Assembly: GCA_002269645.1 (NCBI GenBank)
Contig: NIVC01001189.1
Span: forward strand, 277,014-341,013
DNA: 64,000 nucleotides
Direction: 5' to 3'
Origin: Macrostomum lignano
Lineage: Eukaryota
Program-made: the position numbers and the translations under genes
The notes under the pieces: generated by a model
What the model was told of the DNA's origin: nothing
Database searches by the model: none
The model's input: only the letters and a program-made list of their open reading frames with translations
Part shown: one piece after another, positions 47,820 through 59,083 of the stretch
Position numbering within the stretch: position 1 is the stretch's first letter
How the letters are laid out: the number at the start of each line of letters is the position of its first letter

Positions 47820-48300
47820 AAAACAACAATAGCAATAAAAATAACAGCAGCAGCAGCAGCAGTAACAACAACAACAACAATAAAAACAACAACAACCACA
47901 ACCACAACAACAACCACAACAACAATAACAATAACAACAGCAATAACAGACACAGCCCAGCAAGGTCAAGCGGTCAGGGTGCATCAAATGTCGCACCGCC
48001 GAGCGAGCCCGCGAACGAAGTCCACCCGGGCAGTGTCGGGCGCTAGTGTTCAGCAGGACGTTCTGCAGAAGCTGGGGGCAGCAGCTCTCGGCCCACATCA
48101 CGCGGACAGGCGTTGCACGGGCCCTCTGGTACAGGGCCTCGGTCCCGACGCTCTCGTCAGCTCGAAAGGCCTCGCGGAGCTGCCCCCGAATGCGCCGAGT
48201 CCAACTGTCGCTCCAGTTGATTCATGGACCCCAGCTTCAGGCATCGGCGGAACAGGGGGGGGGGTGCAGCTGCTCCTTCTCAAGAGGTAAAGGAGGTCAC
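47820..48300 (-). mobile_element. RTE-like LINE 3' fragment with (TTG/TTA)n tail
   Basis: Shares CACAG(T/C)CCAG(T/C)AAGGTCAAGCGGTCAGGGTGCATC and LDSAHSG-like coding with 5497-6250. (AAC)n tract at 47820-47945 on +. Confidence 0.65.
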
Positions 48301-49098
48301 CCGCCCCTAGTGAAAGTGAGGGTCATGTGTCATGATCATGCATGGGCGAGACAGATCAGAGTTAGTTACGAGAGTAAGTCGACACTGCAACAGTGATGAT
48401 GCAGTCCTCCTGTGCTCAGCGGTGCGTGCAGCGTCTGGGCCGGCAAAAAAATTATAGTCATGTTTTTATCTATGCCGATTAATTAAGCAGATCTAAGCTT
48501 GATTTAGGGCTCAACTGCGCTGCCAATGAAGCGCTGCTCAGGATTTCAAAAGGCGCCGCCAGCCATTTAGGCGTCCGTCAGTCAGGCCGTGCCGCTTTCA
48601 CTTTGCAGAAAAAAAGGCTGTCCTATAGCTGTGCGTATGCCGGCCTGTGTTCCCTCATCATCATCATATCATCCCCATGCGCTGGAAATCTTCTTCTTCT
48701 GGCTGGAGCCGCAAAGACGGGGCTTCTAGGGCTCCCAGCTTCCTTCATCATCTTCACCCGATTCCTTCAAGGCTTTACAGTTTTTTCTCAACAAAGAGAC
48801 TTTTTTCTTGCTCTCCCCATTCCTTGGCGGCCGCTTTTTCTCGGGTTTGCTCTGCTTGGATTCAGCCAAGCCAAAAATGCCTTAATTATGCGCTTTGGCG
48901 GCGAAAAGCCACTCAAATCCAAGCCTCGCAACTCCGCGCGCGTCTGTGAAGTTTTTCCGCCAAGCTCAGCTACCCTTTCTCCGCTGTCTGGCCATCCCCG
49001 CGGCCGCTCCCCTTCCGCGGGGTGGAGGAGAGAATGTGTCGAGACACAACTGCTCAAACTCCCGCGCTCCGTTGTCCCGCCGCGGCGGTCCCAAAGCG

Positions 49099-49129
49099 CC
49101 AATCTCATTGGCTGAGACCGCCAGCCAAT
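49099..49129. promoter_or_regulatory. Cluster of three CCAAT boxes upstream of the zinc-finger gene exon
   Basis: CCAAT 49099, ATTGG 49107, CCAAT 49125 in GC-rich DNA ~190 bp before the ATG. Confidence 0.35.
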
Positions 49130-49312
49130 CGGAGCCGCTCGCACTGAACGGAGATTCTGGCTGGCGCCCCCCCCCATCGAGTTGCGAGTCCCCGTGTCCC
49201 AGTTTTTAATGGGGGGCGACCGCTACACTGGGCTGGCTTCTCCGCTCGTCCCAACCATCTGCAGAGAGACCCCAACAAGCTGCTGTCTGACTCCCCAGTT
49301 CAAGCACTCAGG

Positions 49313-50038
49313 ATGGCCTTCAACGCAGCCACAGAGGGCCGGGCCATGCCTGGCTCAGCCTACCCGCCTGCGGGCCCGCCGCCGCCTCCGTCGCCGTCTC
49401 AGCGGCAGTCGCACTTGCACGGCGGTCAGCTGCACCCGCCACATCCGTCGGCATCGAATCTTCATCATCCGGTGTCCCAGGTGCACCCGCCACCGCCGCC
49501 GCCGCCGCCGGCTGCATTTTTCTGGCCGCTGAGCTACCCGGCGGCTTATCACCATCCAGCCGCACCGGACCTGGAGAATTTCTACCGTTTCGGCTATCCG
49601 AGCGCCCTGCAGATGGGCGGCAGCAGCGGCGGCGGCGGCGGCAGCGACGCCAGGAAGTCGGCCGAGATGCCAATCGACGCTTCTTCTGCATCGGCTGGCG
49701 GCTTCTCCGGATTTGGCAGCCACTCCAGCAATTCGCACCTGCAGCACCCGCACCTGCAGCAGCAGCACCATCAACAGCACCAGCACCAGCAGCATCACCA
49801 TCAGCAGCAGCAGCAGATTTCTAGCCCGCAGAAGGCCATCATCAGCGGTGGACAAAATTGCAACAGCGAAGATGCCGGCGACACCTGCGTCGGCGACGAC
49901 GGCGACTGCGACGGCGATGCTGACTGCAACATCGGCGACGACTGCGGCACCAGCAGCGGGGGCGTCGGTGGTGGCGACAGCGGCGGCGGAGTCGATGGAC
50001 CGCCGTTTCGCGGCTTCAAGTGCAAAATCTGTCATCAG
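49313..50038 (+). CDS. First coding exon of a probable C2H2 zinc-finger transcription factor
   Basis: GC-rich exon with poly-Pro, poly-Gly and His/Gln runs ending FKCKICHQ at a phase-0 gtgaga donor, i.e. the first half of a C2H2 finger. Downstream exons not found in the window. Confidence 0.7.
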
Positions 50039-50224
50039 GTGAGACTTGCCGCTGGGGGTTGCAGGTGGCAGTTCGCCCAAACCCATTCTTCTCTTGGTTC
50101 CTGGCGAGTTCGAAGAAATTTCATTATAACAAATGATTGCCAATTTTTCGTGATTACTTGAAGTTGGCAAGAGGCAGGAGGCGTACGCTGGAGGAAATTG
50201 GAGGTGACTGCAGCTCTTAGGAGC

Positions 50225-50826
50225 GCCTGTATTTGGTCTCTTGGTAGGCGCCCCCTGTCACTTGGTTGGCGCCACTGTCTCTTGGTTAGTGCCCCTGTCT
50301 CCTGGTGGGCGCTCCTGTCTCTTGTTTGGCGCCCCTGTCTCCTTGTTAGCGCACCACCCTTGTCTCTTGGTGGGCGCTCCTGTCTCTTGTTTGGCGCCCC
50401 TGTCTCCTTGTTAGCGCACCACCCTTGTCTCTTGGTGGGCGCTCCTGTCTCTTGGTTGGCGCCCCTGTCTCTTGGTTGGCGCCCCTGTCTCTTGGTTGGC
50501 GCCACTGTCTCTTGGTTGGCGCCCCTGTCTCTTGTTTGGCGCCCCTGTCTCTTGGTTGGCGCCCCTGTCTCTTGGTGGGCGCTCCTGTCTCTTGGTTGGC
50601 GCCCCTGTCTCTTGGTTGGCGCCCCTGTCTCTTGGTTGGCGCCCCTGTCTCTTGGTGGGCGCTCCTGTCTCTTGGTTGGCGCCCCTGTCTCTTGGTTGGC
50701 GCCCCTGTCTCTTGGTTGGCGCCCCTGTCTCTTGGTTGGCGCCCCTGTCTCTTGGTTGGCGCCCCTGTCTCTTGGTTGGCGCCCCTGTCTCTTGGTTGGC
50801 GCCCCTGTCTCTTGGTTGGCGCCCCT
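50225..50826. repeat. 20 bp minisatellite (GCCCCTGTCTCTTGGTTGGC)n
   Basis: About 30 units with variants. Confidence 0.95.
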
Positions 50827-52639
50827 TAGCCCTCTTTTCAAGGCCGTTGGATGCGAAATCCGTTCCAGAGGGGGGCAAAACTTGAGCTCAAGTTTGGTTG
50901 CATCTTTATGTAGTTTTACCCCAGAGTAATAAATTTCGGCAAAAATCTCCCTCTAGCAGTTTCAGGGTCGCTTCATAAGTCTGTGGAAATTTTGCTTTAC
51001 CAAAGAATTGAAATATTTGTTCAAGTTCCATGGGTCTCTGACTCTCCTCCGGACCCCCGAAGGAGGAATGGCTGACGGTCGCTCCTTCCTACACAAGTTC
51101 CACAAGTTCCACGAGTATCTCTCAGTTATCCCCACACAGCTTTCACAAGCAGGCGCAGCCATTCACATCCACAATGGAAGCGCAATGCATGAGAGACTGA
51201 GTCTGGGAAGAGGCAGACACAATGAGAGACAGCGGTAGGCAATGAGATTTCAGTTGTTTGCAGCCGGTTATTTCATGTAGCACGGCTGACGGAAGCCCTG
51301 ATTGACAGGATTGTCAGCGTGTCGGTTGCGCAGATCGGCAGCAACAGTCATTCATGCGGCCGTGCCTGGGGCCTCTATAGCGTTCGACTCATTTTCCTGA
51401 CTGCAACCGAAACTGCCTACTATAGATGCCCCCTCCCATATTGATTCATTCATTCAACTTATCGATGCAAAGCATTCACGCTGCAGTGCATGCAGCAGAT
51501 TATTGGCTAGTGGCAGGTATAGTTGGTAGCTAGTTAGGTCGAAGTGCAGTCCGGAAAAATTGCCAACGAGGAGCGAAGCGAGCGAAGCGAGCGTAGCTCC
51601 TCGTTGGCAATTTTTTCGGACAAACGAGACCGAGATAAGATGTCCCGGAGACTCCCCCAACGTAAAATCAACGTTTTAGAAAATAAAATTGATGCAGAGT
51701 TAAAACCACTTGAGATGAAACCATGTGTGACCCCTCTATGGACGTAAAACATTTAGGGCTACAAGATGTGTGACGTGAAAGTTCCATAGCAACGCGTCTT
51801 GGTTGCCATGGCAACAAAAAAGTGACTTTTTTTAGACCCGTCCAAATCTTGAATCTCAAAAAATAAGGATTCACAATATGGAGTCAAAAATTGATTGAAC
51901 CCAACTTTTGGCGAATTTTCAGACCTTCAAGACACTGATTGGTTATTTTCCGCTAAATGCTTACCTTGATAGGTAATTCTGTAAAAGTGTGTTTTTTAAG
52001 TGTCAAAAAATGCGCATTTTTATCAACTTTCAACTGACGCAGCTCAAAGGTCGCGCGTCAGCGCGACCTTTGAGCTGCGTCATTCTAACAATGGCACCTG
52101 GGACTCTTACATGACGCACGACTTTAACCAAGATACTCACTTTAACTGTACATTCGCACCTGTTAATTACATTCGAATATTCGACGGGTAGGTATTCGAA
52201 CCGAAATAAAGGAAATTCAACCTTGTTGCGAGACTCTAAAAAGTACATGAATGCGGTCATTTAGGTAAGATCTACATGTTTATAATACATTTTGAGCCGT
52301 TTCGTTGCACTGACTCTGAGCCATACACTGCTAAAGTCGATAAACGTGATTTAGGCTATTTTTATGTATTTTTCATGATACAAATGTACAAAAAATAAGA
52401 AACGACGACATGCTAGGAAAATCAGACTTTTTAGGCAAGGTGCACAACTAAATTGCGCACAATATGTATATTTTGAAATTTCGTCTTAGTTTATTGAAGT
52501 CGCTGCCGGTACAGAAATGTACTTTAACGACGGTACGGGGGCTTGCATATCGAACATACTTTTTAGCCTGTAACTTTTGAGCGGATTACCGGAGCGCGAC
52601 GCGCTTGGTGTCATTGAACTACATTTTAGATGTACTTTA

Positions 52640-53690
52640 ATTTGAATGTATGTTCGCTGTCATTGCACGATGCGTTGTACACCTCAGGTCAGGTCACGTG
52701 ACTTGCTGGAAATGAAATAATGACTTTGTACCTATACTAAGGATAGGTGAAGCGTAAGAATGAACCAAAATTTGTACTTATTAGAAACACCTAGATGACT
52801 ACTGTCAGAAAAAATGATATTCACGTCTGTCAGTTGCAAAATTTTGTTATAATTGACTTTTAAAATCGAAAAACGTGATTTTGTGCAAAAACAACCTATA
52901 TGAGCACACATAGGGTGAAAAATTTATTGATTTTCGCTATGAGGTTCTTAGCTTCCAAGAGCACTATTGTGCCCAGTAAACACGTACAGATGACTGCTAT
53001 CTTCGTTAGTGTGCGAAAATTCGTATTTTTACGCTAATAACATTTACCGAATTACGAGGTTCCGGTGTTATGCGTTTTTTTGCTATATTTCACGCTGCCA
53101 TTTATTAACGATGCTACGCCAGGCCTTCAGTGTGGTGTCAATAGTTAGCATTTAAAAAGTGCTTTAATTTGAGTGTATGTTCGCTGGCATTGCACGATGC
53201 GTTGTACACCTCAGGCCAGGTCACGTGACTTGCTGGAAATGAAATAATGACTTTGTACCTATACTAAGGATAGGTGAAGCATAAGAATGACCCATATTAG
53301 TACTTATTAGAAACATCTAGATGAATACTCTCAGAAAAAGTGACATTCACGTCTGTCAGTTGCAAAAAAAATTTTTAATTGACTCTCAAAATCGAAAAAC
53401 GTGATTTTGTGCAAAAACAACCCATTTGAGCACTACATAGGGCGGAAAATATATTAATTTTCGCTATGAGGTTCTTAGCTTCCAAGAGCACTATTGTGCC
53501 CAGTAAACACGTACAGATGACTGCCATCTTCGTTAGTGTGCGAAAATTCGTAGTTTGACGCTATTAACATTTTACCGAATTACGAGGTTCCGGTACTATG
53601 CGTTTTTTTGCTATATTTCACGCTGCCATTTATTAACTATCCTACGCCAGGCCTTCAGTGTAGTGTCAATAAATAGCATTTAGCAAGTGC
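52640..53690. repeat. ~527 bp internal tandem duplication (also at ~60130-61180)
   Basis: Two diverged copies starting TTGA(A/G)TGTATGTTCGCTG(T/G)CATTGCACGATGCG. Confidence 0.85.
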
Positions 53691-55188
53691 TTTAAGATGA
53701 CATCATGCGCATTGCGTTGCGTAAAAGTGTGGGTCCACAGTTTCGTAACAAGTTAAAATGACCTGATTTCGCAAAAATCTTTAAAACAAAAAATACCAAA
53801 TAGGTAACTAAAAAGCCTTTTGAAACTGAATAAAAAATGCACATAAAAGTGCTATTTTGTAACGTAAAAAGTCTTGCGTCCTGCAAAAATCTTCTATGGT
53901 GACTTTTTGGAGCCGTGAAGTGTAAAAACGTGCGCATTTTTAAAGCTGTTGAACTTACTTTTTGAGGTATATTTTGAAAATAGGCATTTTATAAATTGTA
54001 TAACAAAATTTAATTGAAGAAAGCAATAAGGTAAAATAGAATTCGAAATTATTTAATTTTGAAATAATTAAACTGTACATTTCAGTCGTTCTGTTCCTTA
54101 TAATTTCTACAAAAATTTAAATTTAAATCGGTTATGTTAACAGTAGTTTATTGCTGTAGGACAAATTTGACCCCAAATTTTCAAAGCAACTTATCTAAGC
54201 AAACGCTATCTAAATCTGAAATATTTTCAAGCTTCAATCTGTAGCTATAATATTCGGTTTTGTTACGCTATTTATTCGTATCCTACTACATTATATATAA
54301 TTATTGTACAATATATTATATTCTACAAGTACAAGTTTTAATTGTAATATATTCAATTGTTATCAGTTTTACACTGTAAGTGTAAGCTTCAAATTTTATT
54401 TGAAATATAACTGAAGTATAGTACTTTAATATTATTTTATAGCTAATTAATTGTATTCTGCCAAATATTTACGTTTTTTTTCTCTGCTTTGCTTTTTGCT
54501 CCATATTTTTATAAATTATAGTCATATTTACATATATCTTTTAAAAGTACTCATCCTTTCACATTTTATTTTGTAGTTATCAGTCAAATTTAACTTGAAT
54601 TTTCCTTTTGTTTGCATAATTTTGACTTAAGACTTTAGTTTTGAAGTAAGTATTCTTTTTATTTCTTCATATGTTTAGCATAGTACAAATATCTGTAGTA
54701 CTCTGCTTAATGGTAGAAGTTTGTGGACACTTTTTATAAATTCTGCTCAATTTATTATAAATTTAGCATTTTTGCTAGACAATATATACATGCCAATGCT
54801 CCTTATATCAAGCAATGCTTGAAAGTGCTAGACACTTAGTTTATGGTGAATTTTTACCAAGGGATGTTTTTTTGCTGATATAGAATTCCTAGAAGCATGT
54901 ACAAAAACATGGAATATGCCTGAAAAAACTCTAGAAAATATGCACTAAATCCAAGAAAAAATGTTGAAAGCACAAAAACTACATGGCACACACCGCCTAT
55001 ATGCCAGTATATTATGCTGCAGCATATTAATCCACAATCCAGTAGCAGTGCTAGTGTTCGTAGTTTAACTAAATTTGCCACCAGAAAAGAGTTGAGTTAA
55101 CTTGGTAAAGAGTAGCATGTTTTCTGTGTTTAGCTAATTAGTTTCTTTATCATTCTGAAATATTTACTAACATGTTTATTTAGACAGG

Positions 55189-55267
55189 ATGGGCAACGAC
55201 AAAAACAGCATCAAGGACAACACTAGCATTAACAAGGATACAAGTGCTTCTTCTGTTGCTGCCAATA
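55189..55267 (+). CDS. Putative first coding exon of the Helentron-like protein
   Basis: MGNDKNSIKD...AAN then gtaag donor; phase 1 fits the next exon. Confidence 0.5.
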
Positions 55268-56046
55268 GTAAGTTTTGTACATTTGTTGCAACTTGCAGGT
55301 GATAGGTGCTACTTTCAGGAATAGTTTCAAAGCAATCCTACCTTTATTATTAATATTCACACCTTAGGAAACCAGCTTTTACTAGCATTCTTGGCTGCCC
55401 ATTTGGGCAACAGACAAACTAAAAAGTTCCTGCACTACACAATTTATTTACCAAACAATAAATCTCAATTGTTCACACTATAACTCACACTGAATAGTTC
55501 ACAGGTAATTCTGTAAAAAAGTGTTTTTCAGATGTCTAAAAATGTGAATTTTTCAAACTCTTAACTGACGCAGCTCAAATCAATAGTTCACACTCAATAG
55601 TTTAGATTGAATAGTTTCGCCTGAATAGTTTTGACAGACAGAATAATTTCAACTGAATAGTTACAACTGAATAGTTTAGACTTAATAATCTTGACTGAGT
55701 AGTTTTGACTGAATAGTGTGAACTCAATAGTTTCGACTGAGTAGTTTCGACTGAATAGTTTCGACAAAGGGAATAAATTCAATTGGAATCTGACCTTGTT
55801 TGACAGATCATTAAAATAATTATAGAAACTCTATTTTCGAATGTTTAACACCCTTAGAATTTGAGCAGATTTAAGAAATTTTGACCACTGTATAATCAGT
55901 GCAAAATCTGCAATAGTTTAGAAAAAACGCTATCAAAATTGATCAAGAATGGCACGCTCTAGAGCGAAATAGATGGACAGACATATATATATGTATATAT
56001 ATATAGGTAGATTTATAAATTTCTTTTTTACTGTGACTTTAAACAG

Positions 56047-56418
56047 GTGCGAAAAAGTGCGGACGGCCGAAGAAGAAAAACTGGAGCCGCTCCAAGAATA
56101 ATATTAAAGTTGCTGCTGTCGGTGATTTAACTGCTGGCGAAGAACAGATTCAAGAGCCAGATGTACAACCGGAAGCTGCTGCTGCCTCTTCTATTGCCGC
56201 TGCTGGGACTAAAGCTGGTGCTTCTGCTGATGCTGCTGCTAAAACTGAGTCTGTGATTAAGCTGGACGAGGCTGGTCTGGCTGCCCTGCTAGCTGAACAT
56301 GATGCTGCTCTGGCCGACGCTCTGGCTGCTTCGGAATACCCCGTGGTCGAAGGTGATGCTGAAGTGCCCAATTCTGGTGCTGCTTACAATGAGCAACTTA
56401 TAGGCTACTTGAGTGCTG
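56047..56418 (+). CDS. Putative second exon of the Helentron-like protein (AT-hook KKCGRPKKK, Ala-rich)
   Basis: aaacag acceptor, gtgag donor, open for 372 nt, phase-compatible with 56604. Confidence 0.6.
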
Positions 56419-56603
56419 GTGAGAGTTTTATTTTTTATTGAATTTCTATGCATAGTACAAGTTAATTTTCTTTCTTACATCTGACTTTGCTTGCGAATAT
56501 TGAAAATTAGATTTTAGTGTTTACGACTTGTGCAAAATACAATTAATGCTCAATTCCTTAAAATTATCATACCTCACTGTTTAAGAGTTGTATTCTTTTA
56601 CAG

Positions 56604-59083
56604 ATGAAACAGGTGCTACTGCAATGGATTTTGCCGAAGGTCATGTAACTGCTGCTGTACAAGTCCAACCTGTATGGGTTCCTTTTTCTTCGTGTCGCGT
56701 TGAGAATGTACGAGGTGACGGCAACTGTTTTTTCACGGCCATATTGAGACAATTACAAGAACTGCCAGGTTTTTCCGCCTATCAATCGCTAAGCGTAGAA
56801 GATTTTCGAGATGCGGTTGCTGCAGAATTCGAGCAATGGGTGCATCGCGATGTCAATAATCAGGAAAGAATTATGCAAACAGGACTGAATTGGGAAAAAG
56901 TGCGCGACGATACAAGGCGTCCCCGTATGTACGTGCCATGCGGAGTTCCAGAACTAATTGGTGAACTGTTGCGGCTAGAAGTGTTTATTTATCAGTCAAA
57001 CATGCTTAATCTAGCGCGGCCTGGCCATTATTCCCGACCGAATATTGGAGAACGTTTGGCTACTATTCGATTGTTGTTTAATCCTGGTAGTCAACACTAC
57101 GAAATCGTTCGTGTCAATGATTTGGAAGTTAATGAAGCAAGCTCAGTTCGGCCGACTGGCCAAGGAGATTTGAGCGCCAAGAATGTGGAAATGCCCCCTC
57201 TCAACGAGAATGTTCATGTTGTCGAAGATCCTGTTGTAATGATGCCACCTCCAGCTCCACCAATGACGCCTTTTGAAAAGGTTGCAGACTGGACCCGAGT
57301 TCAAAGTAGGCATTGGAAGGGACGTTGTAGAAATCAAGCAAAGTCCTTGGAAAATAATACGAGTTTGTTTGCGCATCCGAATTCATATGAAGTGCTTCGG
57401 GATCGGAACAACTCTGTCTGGAATTGGAATGTCGATCTTGACGCGGAGGATAGCGCAGAGTCAGTTGAAATTGAGCATGTGTCAGAGTCAGTTAAAAGTG
57501 ATCGTGTGTCAGAGTCCGTGCCATCAAATGTTCCGCGGCGCAGTCGGCGTAAAAAGGATGTTGGGAAGGCAAGTTGCGCTACGCGTCGGAGTAGTCGACT
57601 GAGCGCTAAAGCAAACACATTAGAGTCTGTGTCTGTTGCAGCCTCTAGTGTATCTGGTCAGAGCTTATTGAGAAGAAGCAGTCGCACTCGGAGAGCACCA
57701 TGTTGCAGTTGCATCGGTTGTGGCGACTCAGTTTCGGCGGTTTCAAGCGTTTCTTGCCATTTGGAAAAAGGAAGAGGTCGAGAAAAGAAGAGCGACGTTG
57801 TACCAAGTGCTCCTACTCGTCGCAGCGAGCGTTTGAAAAACCAGCAGCAAGTGGTCAACTATGCAAATTCTTTACCACGGAAACAGAGATTGACAAACGC
57901 AGAAAATCATATCTGCGAACCCGTTCGATCGTCGCCTAGGAAGACGGCACCTTTGCAGCAGGAGCAGCAAGATAAACGTCAGTCTGATAATATTCCAGCT
58001 ACTTCTACGTATTCATCACCACGAAAGACACGTGCTACTCAGGAGAAGCCTGATGAAGCGATCCGTTCGTCACCCAGAAAGCGGCCTACAATGGAGCAGC
58101 AGCCAGCTAAAGAAAATGTTCCGCAGAGCAGCACTTCAGAAGAGAGCGCTCAAGATGCTCCAATTGTTGAAGATGAAATCGGAGATCCTAATCTGCCAAA
58201 GTGCCTTCGCAATCCGTTCACAGACCAGTTCAAAAAGATGAGGCAAGACTTTTTCAATGAAAACATAACAAAAGTATCACATTTGAAACAGTGCTACGTG
58301 TGTAGGGAAAAGTTTCCTGGAAAATATTTTAGCATCGATTCTGAAGACATGTGCGATCGTTGTTTCAGAGATGACAATGAGCCGAAATCGTTTAGCCAAG
58401 AAAACAATGCGATTCCGATGTTGGAGCAGCCAGAAGATTTGCAAGATTTGAGTGTAGCAGAGCAAATGTTGATTTCGCCAGTTTTGTCGGTTATTGTTGT
58501 GGTACAAATTTTTCCCCAAAAGCAAACAAAATCGAGAGGACACGGAATCATGTTGCCTCAAGATCAGTCGCACGTTTTGCGAGAGTTGCCAAGACGATCT
58601 CTGCCAGTTGTTTTAATGTACGACGAAAGAGCCCGTGTTCAGCCTGGAGAAGCGCAAAGCGGCACAATGAACAATTTGCGAGTTCGACGCGACAAAGTGA
58701 CTAATGCGATGCGCTATTTAATGGCAAACAACAAGTACTTTAGACAGTATCAGGTTTCAATGAATAATGATGCGTTGCTACATCTGCCTGAAGATGGTTA
58801 TGCTCATCAAGTAGAAGGTATGATTGTCGAAATGCAGTCTGACAATGAAGTGAATTTCGAGGCGGCACAGCAAGAAGGCGGCTCAGCCAGAGCTGAGCGA
58901 TTGCAGCAACAAGTAGAAAAAAATGCGGACGAGACGAACGAGCTCGAGGAAACAATTAGTTCGCTGTTGGAGACTCCTTTGCGTCGATTGGAATCGGCAG
59001 TACGAGACAAATTTTTGAGTGAAAAATTGAAATGGCCAGCAAGAAGCAACGAGCCGGTAAACGAATTTCAGGATGAAGGCTTC
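56604..59083 (+). pseudogene. Helitron/Helentron RepHel N-terminal part: OTU-like protease, zinc ribbon, DUF6570-like region; truncated
   Basis: VRGDGNCFF...QHYEIV (OTU Cys/His). CYVC...CDRC...LQDLSVAEQMLIS...LRVRRDKV...LPEDG and KLKWPARSNEPVNEF are typical of Helitron Rep N-termini. The ORF runs on to 59167 only through junction sequence. Confidence 0.8.

Larger units (their letters stand above)
51555..59083 (+). mobile_element. Truncated Helentron/Helitron2-like element, unit 1
   Basis: Begins with a 20 bp-stem hairpin. Carries a spliced ORF with AT-hook, OTU and Helitron Rep N-terminal motifs, cut off at 59083. Confidence 0.7.
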
